In this document: one piece after another, positions 44,265 to 53,660 of the stretch
Layout of the letters: every line of letters starts with the position of its first letter
Numbering within the stretch: the first letter of the stretch is position 1
Assembly: GCA_009784985.1 (NCBI GenBank)
Contig: WQXF01000001.1
Coordinates: forward strand, 1,540 to 65,539
Reading direction: 5' to 3'
Length of the DNA stretch: 64,000 nucleotides
Origin: Clostridia bacterium
Lineage (GTDB): Bacteria; Bacillota; Clostridia; Christensenellales; Aristaeellaceae
Program-made: the position numbers and the translations under genes
The notes under the pieces: generated by a model
The model's input: only the letters and a program-made list of their open reading frames with translations
What the model was told of the DNA's origin: nothing
Databases searched by the model: none

Positions 44265-44476
44265 TGTGCTAAATATTAACAAACCCAGGATTTTGTGGCG
44301 CCAAAAACGAAAACCACAGCCCATTGTGGTTTCTTAAGCCAAATTTCAGCAAAAAGTTGCAAAAACCTCTATGCAAAAAGAAGAAAAGCGTGTATAATAA
44401 CGTAATGGATATAATAATGGATATGAACACACGATGAATCCACTGCGAACCCAACGACTGGATGCGAGGGATGAGC

Positions 44477-46090
44477 ATGCACAACAGAGTATGGTTAAGA
44501 ATATGGATGTTTCTTTTAGGGGTAGTGATACTGTCGGTGCCGTTGGTTAGCGTTTGCGCGGCAGCAATAACGGCGACCCAGCCGCCCGTTGCCTTTGATG
44601 CGGAAAGTCACCGGCTGGTGTTTGACCGGGCTTCTTTGAGCTTGGCCCTGGGCGGAGAGGGTAGCGCTGCGCTGATGGCGGCCCTGGCGCCCACCTTGTC
44701 CGAGGAGGCCGAGGTCATTTTCCACTGGTCTACTGCCGATCCGGAAATTGCGATGGTATCGGATACGGGCGCTGCGGCCACCGTAACCGCGCTGCAAGGT
44801 GGCGTGACCCGGCTGATTGCCAAAGCGTCCATTCCCGCATGGGAAGTGGAATGGCTCGCCGAATGTGTGGTGTGGGTTCACGAGCCGGTGCGCAGCATCA
44901 ACCTGTCCACCGGCCTGCTTGCCCTGCGGGCAAACGATGCCGACCGGGCCTTCGCCACCCTGGCCTATGCCATTCAGCCTGCCACCCACACCGAGGTGAT
45001 CACCTGGCGTGTGGAGCAGGATGGTGGGGAAGGGGATGTGATTGCCTTTGATACACAAAGTGGCCTAGTCCGTGCCCTGCGCGAGGGCACCGCATACGTG
45101 GTGGCCGAGGCCAGCAGTGGTGTGTCGGCCCGATGCAGGGTGGTGGTGGAGCCAGCGGGAGAGGAACTTCCTAGGCCCCGCTCGGCCGTAGCCGGTGTGT
45201 CCGATGAGGATGTGCCGCCAGAAGATGCCCAGGATACAACGCCTGCCCAAAGCATAAGCTTTGCCGGGCTGGATACCGCCATTGGCATTCGCCTGGGCGA
45301 TCCCCCCGTGGTTTTGTTGGATTCCCTGGTTTTTGCGGGGGAGGCTCCCCTTAAAGAGCAGTTGGCGCAATTGACCTGGCGCAGCAGCGATAGGCGAATC
45401 GCTCGGGTGGACGAAGGGGGCGCTGTTTATCCTGTAAAGGTGGGCAAGGCCACCATCACCGTGCGCAGCTCCGATGGGCGCCAAGCTTCCAGTTTGGTAA
45501 CGGTGTACAGGCGGGATGCCCTTTCGGCCCGGCTGCATGCCAAGTCAACCGTGCGGCTCACGTTGGGGCGTACCCTTCGGCCCACCGTCGTTTTTGCGCC
45601 GATGCACAGTTACGCCGAGTTGCGATGGACCTCCTCAGACCCCACCGTGGCCTTCGTAGATCCAGGCAGCGGCCTCATCACCGCGGTGGGCAAGGGTACG
45701 GCCCAGATTACCGCTCAGGCGCTCAACGGCTCCATCCCAAACCTGTCCCTTGCGGTAATAGTTTCGGCGCCGATTACTTCATTAGTGATAGAGACAGACG
45801 CTTCCGCCCGAGCAATCCCCGGCCAAATATGGACACTGACGGTGATGCCGGAGCCGCCTTGGGATATCACCAGCGACACCGTGACCTGGTCGAGCAGCAA
45901 CCCAAAGGTGGCTTCGGTAGACAGGCATACCGGCGTGGTGATCGCCCACAGAGCTGGGGCCACCGTGATTATTGCCAGGGCGACCAGCGGTGTTAGAGCC
46001 ACTTATCCCGTTCGTGTGGACAATCCCATAAAAATCACCGAAAGCAAGACAGAATGGACGGAGTGGCCAAGTGCAAAAATTGATCGATGA
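44477..46090 (+). CDS. Secreted/anchored protein with multiple bacterial Ig-like (Big_2) domains
   Basis: The leader is VWLRIWMFLLGVVILSVPLVSVCAA. Big_2-like units repeat (e.g. VTWSSSNPKVASVDRHTGVVIAHRAGATVIIA, LRWTSSDPTVAFVDPGSGLITAVGKGTAQITA). The start was chosen after GAGGG; 44462 and 44471 are also possible. Confidence 0.75.
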   Translation: MHNRVWLRIWMFLLGVVILSVPLVSVCAAAITATQPPVAFDAESHRLVFDRASLSLALGGEGSAALMAALAPTLSEEAEVIFHWSTADPEIAMVSDTGAAATVTALQGGVTRLIAKASIPAWEVEWLAECVVWVHEPVRSINLSTGLLALRANDADRAFATLAYAIQPATHTEVITWRVEQDGGEGDVIAFDTQSGLVRALREGTAYVVAEASSGVSARCRVVVEPAGEELPRPRSAVAGVSDEDVPPEDAQDTTPAQSISFAGLDTAIGIRLGDPPVVLLDSLVFAGEAPLKEQLAQLTWRSSDRRIARVDEGGAVYPVKVGKATITVRSSDGRQASSLVTVYRRDALSARLHAKSTVRLTLGRTLRPTVVFAPMHSYAELRWTSSDPTVAFVDPGSGLITAVGKGTAQITAQALNGSIPNLSLAVIVSAPITSLVIETDASARAIPGQIWTLTVMPEPPWDITSDTVTWSSSNPKVASVDRHTGVVIAHRAGATVIIARATSGVRATYPVRVDNPIKITESKTEWTEWPSAKIDR

Positions 46091-47042
46091 ATTAAGAGTG
46101 CGTGCGGCAGGTTTGGGTTTCAGTACGCTCTGGATTACCGATGCATCCCCCTTTGCTGATTGGGAGCGGGCGGTGCGGGCGAGGGGCGATGGGTTGGGCG
46201 CGTCGATACAGGCCGATCCGCGGGTGGTTTTGCCTTCGGCACGGTGCGTTGTGGTGCTGGCCTACCCCTATCAAGACGAGGCTGAGCCGGCCCCTCCCCA
46301 AGTGAGCGTATCCCAATACTACCTTGCGTCCCACAAGGCCTATCACGCGCTGCCTGCCCTGGCCGATTGGCTGCGGGGGTTAGGATTTCAGGCGGAACCG
46401 CGCCCTGGGCTGCCGGTAAAACCTGCGGCCCTTCGGGCAGGAGCCGGGCGGTATGGGCGCAACGGATTGCTGATCACCGAAGAGTACGGCGGCAACACCG
46501 CACTGGCGTTGCTGCTCACCGATGCGGAGCTGCCCCTAGATGCGCCCACCGGCGCCCTTCTTGCGGCTGAATGCCAAAACTGCGCTGCCTGCGTAAGCAT
46601 CTGCCCCACAGGTGCGCTGGATGGTACGTCTGCCGTGGATACCACACGCTGCTTGCGCACTTACATGTTTTATCATGAGCCAGTGCCCGTTGAGTATCGC
46701 GAGATGATGGGCAACCGTTTTCTTGGATGCGACGATTGCCGCCGGGCTTGCCCGTGCACTGCCCGCATGGACAAAAAGACTTTGCCTGCGGAAACATTGC
46801 GTCTTACGTTGGATATGCTGCTGGGCTGCGACGCATCACGCTGTGAAGCCCTCAAACAAATCGAGGAAAAAGTGGGCGGCAACTATGCCCGGCTCAATCA
46901 AGTATTGGCCCAAGCCGCGCTGCTGGCGGGTAACAGCGGCGAAACCCGCTACCTGCCGGCGTTGATCCCACTATGCGAAAGCGAACACGTTCCGTTGCGG
47001 GAACATGCGCGTTGGGCAGTAAAAAAGTTGCAACAAACATAA
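46071..47042 (+). CDS. queG: Epoxyqueuosine reductase-like 4Fe-4S protein (QueG family)
   Basis: The ferredoxin motifs are CQNCAACVSICPTGAL and CDDCRRACPC, with a HEAT-like C-terminus. GTG start with GGAG upstream. It overlaps the end of the Big_2 gene by 20 nt. Confidence 0.7.
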   Translation: MQKLIDELRVRAAGLGFSTLWITDASPFADWERAVRARGDGLGASIQADPRVVLPSARCVVVLAYPYQDEAEPAPPQVSVSQYYLASHKAYHALPALADWLRGLGFQAEPRPGLPVKPAALRAGAGRYGRNGLLITEEYGGNTALALLLTDAELPLDAPTGALLAAECQNCAACVSICPTGALDGTSAVDTTRCLRTYMFYHEPVPVEYREMMGNRFLGCDDCRRACPCTARMDKKTLPAETLRLTLDMLLGCDASRCEALKQIEEKVGGNYARLNQVLAQAALLAGNSGETRYLPALIPLCESEHVPLREHARWAVKKLQQT

Positions 47043-47160
47043 AATCCTAGCGCAAAATGTAGAGCGGGAAATCGTGCGTTTCGGTATCAAATATGTTATA
47101 CTGCGAGGTGGGTACGTGCTTTATGCCGAAGGGGCTGTAAGGATGGAGGAGAGGGTTAAA

Positions 47161-47766
47161 ATGGCTGCGTTGTCCGGCGCTCCGGTTCAGGGACGCCGTG
47201 GGGACTGGCTCACCGAGCTGGTCTGGAAACGTGTGCAGCAACTCACCATTCTCTATCCCCAAGATATGCTGCTGGATGTTGCCAGCGAAGACGGGGAGCT
47301 GCTCCGCCGTATCGCAAAAATTGAGCCGGAAGCCGGTCTTGCGGGCATCTGTGCCACGCCCCAATTGGCGCGCACCGCCCGCTACCGCGTGCCGGAAGCC
47401 GATATCATGTACGCTGAGCTGGACGATTTTCCGTGGCTTGGCCAAAGTTTTGATGTAGCGATGTGCCTGCTGTCCGTATCGGCCATGCGGGATTTGTCTA
47501 CCGTGCTGGCCGAGGTATTCCGTGTACTAAAGCCGGGCGGGCAGTTTTTGCTGGCCGCGCCTTGGCTCCCCGCAACCTTCCGCAAGTTGGCCAACCGCTT
47601 TTTGGTGGATGAATCCGAAGAAAGTGTGGCGGTTCTTTCAACAAAGGAGTTGCAGCGCAGTTTAGAGCAGGCAGGTTTTGCCCACATCAGTTTTACGCGC
47701 CTGATGGGGCTTCGGTGCGTTGCGGTAGGCTGGAAGCCGTACAAACAAAATGGAGGCACAGCATGA
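47161..47766 (+). CDS. Class I SAM-methyltransferase-fold protein (Methyltransf_11-like) with atypical motif I
   Basis: The post-I and motif II/III region is typical (FDVAMCLLSVSAMRDL...VLKPGGQFLLAAP). Motif I reads LLDVASEDG rather than a Gly-rich loop. GGAGGAGAGG precedes the ATG at 47161. Confidence 0.65.
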   Translation: MAALSGAPVQGRRGDWLTELVWKRVQQLTILYPQDMLLDVASEDGELLRRIAKIEPEAGLAGICATPQLARTARYRVPEADIMYAELDDFPWLGQSFDVAMCLLSVSAMRDLSTVLAEVFRVLKPGGQFLLAAPWLPATFRKLANRFLVDESEESVAVLSTKELQRSLEQAGFAHISFTRLMGLRCVAVGWKPYKQNGGTA

Positions 47767-48626
47767 ATATAAAGAAGTACAGGGTAACCGATGGCGACGG
47801 TTTTTCTTTGGCGGATTTTTGCCCCAAGGACACGGGGAAGTGCAAAGCATCCGGCGACGTGCAAAAAATCATCACCCAAAACATCAGCCAGATGAAGGAA
47901 CTTCAAGACCGGCTGTATGCCGATGGAAAAACCGCTTTGCTGCTCATTTTTCAGGCCATGGACGCGGGGGGCAAGGACAGCGCCATCAAGCATGTGATGA
48001 GCGGCGTGAATCCACAGGGGGTTGACGTGTTTAGCTTTAAGCAACCCTCCAAAAAAGAACTTTCTCACGATTATCTGTGGCGGGCGGTAAAGGTGCTGCC
48101 CCCGCGGGGCAAAATCGCAATCTTTAACCGCTCTTATTACGAGGATGTGCTAATCGTTAAAGTCCACCGTCTCTATGAAAACCATAATGTGCCGGAGCGT
48201 TGCAAGGGAGAGGATACGATTGAAAAGCGTTATGCCCAGATCCGGCATTTCGAAGATTATCTATGGGAAAACGGCATTGTGACCGTAAAGTTCTTTTTGC
48301 ATTTATCCAAAGAAATGCAGCGCCAGCGGTTTTTAAAGCGCATCAACGAAAAGGACAAGAATTGGAAATTCTGTTTGGGCGACATAGAGGAGCGGCAGTA
48401 TTGGGACGATTATCAAGACGCGTATCAATCGGCAATCGCCGCCACCGCCACCAGGCATAGCCCCTGGTATGTGGTTCCGGCGGATAAAAAGTGGTTTGCC
48501 CGGGCCGTAATCTCCACGGCGGTGCTGGATGCGTTGCAACAGATCGATCCCCAATATCCCAAAATCACACACGCTCAGGAAGCCGAACTAGAGGAATGCA
48601 AACAAAGGTTGCTGGAAGAGGGCTGA
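47763..48626 (+). CDS. PPK2 family polyphosphate:nucleotide phosphotransferase
   Basis: LLIFQAMDAGGKDSAIKHV is a Walker A variant, and RSYYEDVLIVKVH is present. The C-terminal WYVVPADKKWFAR is typical of PPK2. ATGA overlap with the upstream gene. Confidence 0.85.
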   Translation: MNIKKYRVTDGDGFSLADFCPKDTGKCKASGDVQKIITQNISQMKELQDRLYADGKTALLLIFQAMDAGGKDSAIKHVMSGVNPQGVDVFSFKQPSKKELSHDYLWRAVKVLPPRGKIAIFNRSYYEDVLIVKVHRLYENHNVPERCKGEDTIEKRYAQIRHFEDYLWENGIVTVKFFLHLSKEMQRQRFLKRINEKDKNWKFCLGDIEERQYWDDYQDAYQSAIAATATRHSPWYVVPADKKWFARAVISTAVLDALQQIDPQYPKITHAQEAELEECKQRLLEEG

Positions 48627-48627
48627 T

Positions 48628-49476
48628 ATGGATCCGTATATCGGAGTTGAAGAACGTTTTGTTGCTTTTGCCGGGGGAGAACCTCGGATTGCCGCCGTCG
48701 TTGTGATCGGCTCACGGGCAAGAGACGACCGGCCTGCCGATGCGTATTCGGATTTGGATATACTCCTGGTTGTTGAAGACCCGGCTTTTTTTCTCGAAAC
48801 CGACGATTGGCTGTGGCAAATTGGCGAATTCCACATTTCCTTTGTAGAAGAAACCATTGGCGGAGCCAAAGAGCGCAGGGTGCTGTTTGATGATGCGCTG
48901 GACGTGGATTTTGTGCTCCTGCCGGAGGCCGAGGCCTGGAGCGCCTTACGGAGCGCCGAGGCCATCGGCATACTCCAGCGGGGATATCGTGTGCTGGTGG
49001 ACAAGCGTGGCTTCTTCGCGCTGTTACCCGGTATGAGCATTCGTCCTTCTGCTGCAACCCTACCTGATGAAGCTGAGTTTTTGAATAACATAAACGATTT
49101 TTGGTATCATGCGGTGTGGACGGCCAAAAAGCTGCTGCGCGGTGAGGTATGGATGGCCATATCTTGCCTGGATTGTTATATGAAACACAAGCTGTTATGG
49201 ATGATAGAACAACATGCCCGAGCGACCCATGGGCCCCAACGGGATACCTGGTTTGCCGGGCGGTTTTTGGATACCTGGGCCGATGACGCTACCAAGGACG
49301 CATTGCGGCATGCCTTTGCCCGCTACGAAACCCAGGACATCAAGCGGGCGCTGTTTGAGACGATGGATTTATTTCGCAGCTTGGCGGTAGAAAGCACGGA
49401 AAAGCTTGGCTTTTGTTATCCATGCAAGGCAGATCGGGTTGCTACGCAATGGGTGATAGGGGCTCTGTATGAATGA
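48628..49476 (+). CDS. ANT(6)/AadK-like nucleotidyltransferase (aminoglycoside 6-adenylyltransferase family)
   Basis: The NTase motif is VIGSRARDDRPADAYSDLDILLVV. At 282 aa it matches AadK size. It starts 1 nt after the PPK2 stop. Confidence 0.7.
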   Translation: MDPYIGVEERFVAFAGGEPRIAAVVVIGSRARDDRPADAYSDLDILLVVEDPAFFLETDDWLWQIGEFHISFVEETIGGAKERRVLFDDALDVDFVLLPEAEAWSALRSAEAIGILQRGYRVLVDKRGFFALLPGMSIRPSAATLPDEAEFLNNINDFWYHAVWTAKKLLRGEVWMAISCLDCYMKHKLLWMIEQHARATHGPQRDTWFAGRFLDTWADDATKDALRHAFARYETQDIKRALFETMDLFRSLAVESTEKLGFCYPCKADRVATQWVIGALYE

Positions 49477-50413
49477 AATACTCTCTTTGCTAAAATCCGA
49501 ATACGGCATTGTTTCAAACGCCATTTTCCCCGTTCCCGGCGGCTTTTCCGCAAAGGCGACGTATCATGCAATGGGTGCGGACGGCATCGAATACTTTGTT
49601 AAGATATACGACAAATCCCTGCCGACCACCCGTTTTTTTGTGGAGCGGATCGACGCGTACATGCCGGTGCTGGCCTGGTTGTCGGCTTTGCCTGCCCTGA
49701 ACGGGCGCATGCTTACGCCCATCCCCCTGCGGCATGGCGGGGCATACAAAGCCGAGACAAGGGACGACGTATGTGTGTTGTTTCGATATGTGCACGGCGA
49801 GGCGCCGGGCATAGAGGGAATGACCAACGCGCAGACGGCGGAGTTAGCCGAGGTACTGGCCCGCTTGCACGAAGTTGGTGGAACCGTGCCCTTTGAAACG
49901 CCTGGGCTGAACGAAGACATTTCATTGCCCTTCTGTGACCGGCTTTTGGCGTTTTTGGATGATCCGGGTGAACTATCGTTTCTGGTTGCTCCCCATGCAC
50001 AGATGCTCCGTGGGGCGATAGGGGAAACCTTACGCCTGCGGGACAGGGTTCGGGTTGGGCATTCCCCGCTTGTGCTCTGTCATGGAGACGCCCACGGCAA
50101 CAATGTGATCCAAAGCGGGCGCCTAGTGCTGGCCGATTGGGAGGATTTGCGCCGGGCGCCCCCCGAGGCCGATCTATTCATTTATGCGTGGCATCCACAT
50201 GGCGAAACATTGCTTAACGCGTATGCCGCCGCCCGATCCGGCTACCGTATCAACCTCGAGTTGCTGCATTTTTATGTGCTGCGCAGGCGGATCGAGGATA
50301 TTTGGGTTGATATACAGCGTTTGACCGAAGAGGCTCCAAACGAAGCCGAGGCTGCAAAGCATCTTGGCTGGATACAAAGCAGTATTGAGGCAATACAGGC
50401 ATTGTATCGTTAA
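49469..50413 (+). CDS. APH-fold phosphotransferase (aminoglycoside/small-molecule kinase family)
   Basis: The Brenner motif is LCHGDAHGNNVI, followed by LADWEDL. The start overlaps the ANT(6) stop by 8 nt. Confidence 0.75.
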   Translation: MNEILSLLKSEYGIVSNAIFPVPGGFSAKATYHAMGADGIEYFVKIYDKSLPTTRFFVERIDAYMPVLAWLSALPALNGRMLTPIPLRHGGAYKAETRDDVCVLFRYVHGEAPGIEGMTNAQTAELAEVLARLHEVGGTVPFETPGLNEDISLPFCDRLLAFLDDPGELSFLVAPHAQMLRGAIGETLRLRDRVRVGHSPLVLCHGDAHGNNVIQSGRLVLADWEDLRRAPPEADLFIYAWHPHGETLLNAYAAARSGYRINLELLHFYVLRRRIEDIWVDIQRLTEEAPNEAEAAKHLGWIQSSIEAIQALYR

Positions 50414-50418
50414 TCAAA

Positions 50419-52311
50419 TTATTTGCGTTTCCCACCCGGCTTGCCCTTGGCGCGAGGCGATGCTTTTGTGTTGGGTACACTGGTTTTTTTTGCACTGGGC
50501 GCGGCCTTTTTGATGGGTTTGCGCCAAGGCGGTACAAGGCATTCCCGCCCATAACCGATTAAATCTTCCCGCCCAGCTTTGGCCAGCGCCTCGCGCACCA
50601 GCCCGTGGTTGGCCGGGCGGCGGTATTGCAGCAATGCGCGCTGCATCGCCTTTTCACGGGTGGTGCGGGGCACGTATACTGGCTCCATGGTGCGTGGGTC
50701 TAAGCCGGTGTAAAACATGCAGGTGGAGAGGGTACCGGGCGTGGGGTAAAAATCCTGCACCTGCTCGGGCTGGTGGCCGGTGTCGCGCAGATAAAGGGCC
50801 AGCTCGATGGCCGAGGCTAGATCGCTGCCCGGATGGCTGCTCATCAGGTAGGGTACCAGGTACTGGGAGCGCCCCAACTCCCGGTTGATGGCCTCGTACC
50901 GGCGGGCGAAACTGTCGTACACCTGGCGGCTTGGCTTGCCCATAACGGCCAGCACCTGGGGGCACACATGCTCGGGCGCAACTTTAAGCTGCCCGCTTAC
51001 ATGGTGCTCACATAGCTCCTGCAGGAAGGCCGGATTGGGATCGGCCTGTATGTAATCGTAGCGCAGGCCTGAGCGGACAAACACTTTTTTTACGCCGGGC
51101 AATGTCCGTAGTTCCCGCAGAAGCTCTAAAAATTCCCGGTGATCTACGATCAGCTTGTCGCAGGGTTTGGGGAACAGGCATTGCTTCTTTGCGCAAGCGC
51201 CGCGCTTGAGCTGCCCATCGCAGGCAGGGCGGCGAAAGTTGGCCGTGGGGCCGCCCACGTCGTGTATGTAGCCCTTAAAGCCCGGCAGGTGGGTGAGCAA
51301 ACGCGCCTCTTGCAGCAACGATGCCGGGCTGCAGGAACTTACGATACGCCCCTGGTGAAACGTAATGGAACAAAAGCTGCATCCGCCAAAGCAGCCCCGT
51401 GTGGCGGCCAGCGAGAATTTCACTTCTTCTAAGGCGGGAACACCGCCTGCTTCATCGTAGTCCGGATGCCAGGCGCGCTCGAAGGGCAGCGCGTATGCGG
51501 CGTCCAACTCGGCTCGGGTGAGGGGAAAGTCCGGCGGGTTTTGCATCAAAAAGCGGCGTTCATCCTGCTTTTGTGCCAGCGGTTTGCCACGATAGGGATC
51601 TTGCTGGTTGTGCTGGGCCAGAAAGGCCTTGGCATAGACGGCTTTATCCCGTGCGCAGGCCTGATGATCCGGCAGCATAACATAGTTAGGAGGCGGCACT
51701 GCCCCCATCCAGCAGGCGCCTCGCAGGGCGGGGAGTTCTTCGATTGACGCCCCTCGCTCCAGCCAGCGTGCCGTGGCCAGGATGGTGCGCTCGCCCATGC
51801 CGTACAGCAGCAAATCCGCCCCGCTGTCCACCAGGATGGAGCGGCGCACGGTATCATCCCAATAATCGTAGTGGGAAAAGCGGCGTAAGGAAGCCTCCAC
51901 GCCGCCGATCACGATAGGCACATCCCCAAAGGCGCGGCGGATCAGGTTGCAGTACACGATGGTGGCGCGATCCGGCCGGCAACCGGCACGTCCACCGGGG
52001 GCGTAGGCATCGGAGCTCCGGGGTTTTTTGGCGGCGGTGTAGTGGTTCACCATGCTGTCGATCACCCCGGCGGACACCAAAAAACCAAGCCGGGGGCGGC
52101 CAAACCGGCTCACAGAGGCAGGGTTGCGCCAATCGGGCTGGGCCAAAATAGCAACCCGGTATCCAGCCTTGTTTAGCACCCGGCCCAGCAGTGCCGCGCC
52201 AAAGGAGGGGTGATCCACATAGGCATCGCCGCTTACGAACACAAAATCCGGCCCGTCCCAGCCGAGGGCGGTCATATCCTGGGCTGTTGTGGGTAAAAAT
52301 GCTGAGCGCAT
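50419..52311 (-). CDS. ygiQ: YgiQ family radical SAM protein (UPF0313)
   Basis: The N-terminus is DFVFVSGDAYVDHPSFG. The radical SAM cluster region is RGCFGGCSFCS. The tail is Lys-rich. Confidence 0.85.
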   Translation of the reverse strand: MRSAFLPTTAQDMTALGWDGPDFVFVSGDAYVDHPSFGAALLGRVLNKAGYRVAILAQPDWRNPASVSRFGRPRLGFLVSAGVIDSMVNHYTAAKKPRSSDAYAPGGRAGCRPDRATIVYCNLIRRAFGDVPIVIGGVEASLRRFSHYDYWDDTVRRSILVDSGADLLLYGMGERTILATARWLERGASIEELPALRGACWMGAVPPPNYVMLPDHQACARDKAVYAKAFLAQHNQQDPYRGKPLAQKQDERRFLMQNPPDFPLTRAELDAAYALPFERAWHPDYDEAGGVPALEEVKFSLAATRGCFGGCSFCSITFHQGRIVSSCSPASLLQEARLLTHLPGFKGYIHDVGGPTANFRRPACDGQLKRGACAKKQCLFPKPCDKLIVDHREFLELLRELRTLPGVKKVFVRSGLRYDYIQADPNPAFLQELCEHHVSGQLKVAPEHVCPQVLAVMGKPSRQVYDSFARRYEAINRELGRSQYLVPYLMSSHPGSDLASAIELALYLRDTGHQPEQVQDFYPTPGTLSTCMFYTGLDPRTMEPVYVPRTTREKAMQRALLQYRRPANHGLVREALAKAGREDLIGYGRECLVPPWRKPIKKAAPSAKKTSVPNTKASPRAKGKPGGKRK

Positions 52312-52320
52312 GGTTTCCCC

Positions 52321-53088
52321 TTATACAATCGTCAATGTATGTTTCCCTTCCACGGAAACAATTTTGTCCGGCTCCACCTTGGCGAAAGACTCCGCGTCTA
52401 AATACAGGGAAAAGTGCGGATGGGTCTTGAGGATCGTGGCCGGAATTCGATTATTCACCGGATTTTGCAGGGTATCCCGCACCGCATCTGCCTTTACGGC
52501 AAAGGGCACGCTGGACACGATGCGCTCACACTGCAAAATCTGAAACGCCGTCATGGTTACGGCACGATCCGGCACCTCTTCCATGGAATCGAACCACTTT
52601 TCGCCTACCTGCTGGGCCTTGCAGCGGTCGTCCAGATATACGTAGATAAAGGCTTCTTGGGTATCAAAATCGGCGGGCGGATCGTTAAAGGCGATGTGGG
52701 CGTTTTCGCCGATGCCGATGATCCCCAGGTCGATGGGCTCGGAGCGTACGGCCTGGGTAAGAGCGGCCATGTTTTCCGGCGTGCCATCTACCAGATGCAC
52801 CTTGCCGGGATTCGCCACATGGATAAAACGCTCTATTAAGTACTTGCGGAAGCTGGCCCGGTGGGTCATGGGCAACCCCACATATTCATCCAGATGGAAC
52901 ATCTCCACCAGAGCCCAGGGAATATCCTGCCGGGTGAGGGCGGCCAGGGTGGTGAATTGGGATGCGCCGGTGGCGAGTATGATGCGGGCTTTGCCGCGGC
53001 GATCGATGGCACTACGTATCATCAACGCCGCCTCGTTTGCCGCCGCCTCGCCCAGCTTTTCTGGATCAGGAAAAACAAAGATATTCAT
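52321..53088 (-). CDS. nagB: Glucosamine-6-phosphate deaminase/isomerase family protein
   Basis: The pattern ILATGASQ...FHLDEYVGL...IGIGENAHIAFNDP matches the NagB family. The ATG at 53088 follows AAAGGAAA. Confidence 0.8.
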   Translation of the reverse strand: MNIFVFPDPEKLGEAAANEAALMIRSAIDRRGKARIILATGASQFTTLAALTRQDIPWALVEMFHLDEYVGLPMTHRASFRKYLIERFIHVANPGKVHLVDGTPENMAALTQAVRSEPIDLGIIGIGENAHIAFNDPPADFDTQEAFIYVYLDDRCKAQQVGEKWFDSMEEVPDRAVTMTAFQILQCERIVSSVPFAVKADAVRDTLQNPVNNRIPATILKTHPHFSLYLDAESFAKVEPDKIVSVEGKHTLTIV

Positions 53089-53104
53089 GGCTTTAGGTTT
53101 CCTT

Positions 53105-53527
53105 TCAGTTCGTATATTTAATATGCAATAAGCGTTTGATGATCTCCAGTTGCTCATGCCGGCTTATATCGATATCAATGCTCCGCCCCTCCACATAGGG
53201 CGTGGCGGCGCGGAAGGCCTCTTTGATTTCTTCGGGCAAAATATCGTCCGCCTCCACACAGGCTACCCCTCTTTCGCCCAAACCAATGCGCAATCTAAAA
53301 CAATCTTTTAGTGGCACAAAAAAGAGCAAGTTTCGCTTTTTGCTTAGGAGCTTATAGGACCAACCGGCAGCCTTGCCGTAATGTTTCCATTCGCCGGTGA
53401 TGGCAGGATAGGTGTTTTGCACATGGCCCTTTATTTCGTCCCATAGGGCATGGGTGTTGCCAAGGGCATCCGCAACCATGTCATCCTGTGGCATAATGCT
53501 TTTATCATCAAAAAAACTTACTGCCAT
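53105..53527 (-). CDS. DUF3788-like protein
   Basis: MAVSFFDDKSIMPQDDMV...LWDEIKGHV...GEWKHYGKAAGWSYKL...LFFVPLKDCFRL resembles DUF3788. AGAGGAGG precedes the ATG at 53527. Confidence 0.55.
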   Translation of the reverse strand: MAVSFFDDKSIMPQDDMVADALGNTHALWDEIKGHVQNTYPAITGEWKHYGKAAGWSYKLLSKKRNLLFFVPLKDCFRLRIGLGERGVACVEADDILPEEIKEAFRAATPYVEGRSIDIDISRHEQLEIIKRLLHIKYTN

Positions 53528-53606
53528 AAAAATACCTCCTCTGCGCTTTTGTTCAGTATAACACACCATATATGACAAATGGAACGCTTTTGTGCACAAA
53601 TATCAT

Positions 53607-53635
53607 TTGACAATAGAACGCATGTTCGCTATTAT
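53607..53635 (+). promoter_or_regulatory. Near-consensus sigma-70-type promoter upstream of the orphan tail-fibre gene
   Basis: TTGACA (53607-53612), a 17-nt spacer, then TATTAT (53630-53635), about 25 nt before the RBS AAAGGAGGG. Confidence 0.6.
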
Positions 53636-53660
53636 GCAAACATCGAAAGGAGGGCATGGA

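Noticed and set aside
48628-50413. Interpreting ANT(6)- and APH-like genes as an acquired antibiotic-resistance cassette.
   Set aside because: Composition is host-like and the genes are translationally coupled to PPK2 and a methyltransferase. No IS, integron or plasmid features are present. Substrate specificity cannot be inferred from the fold.
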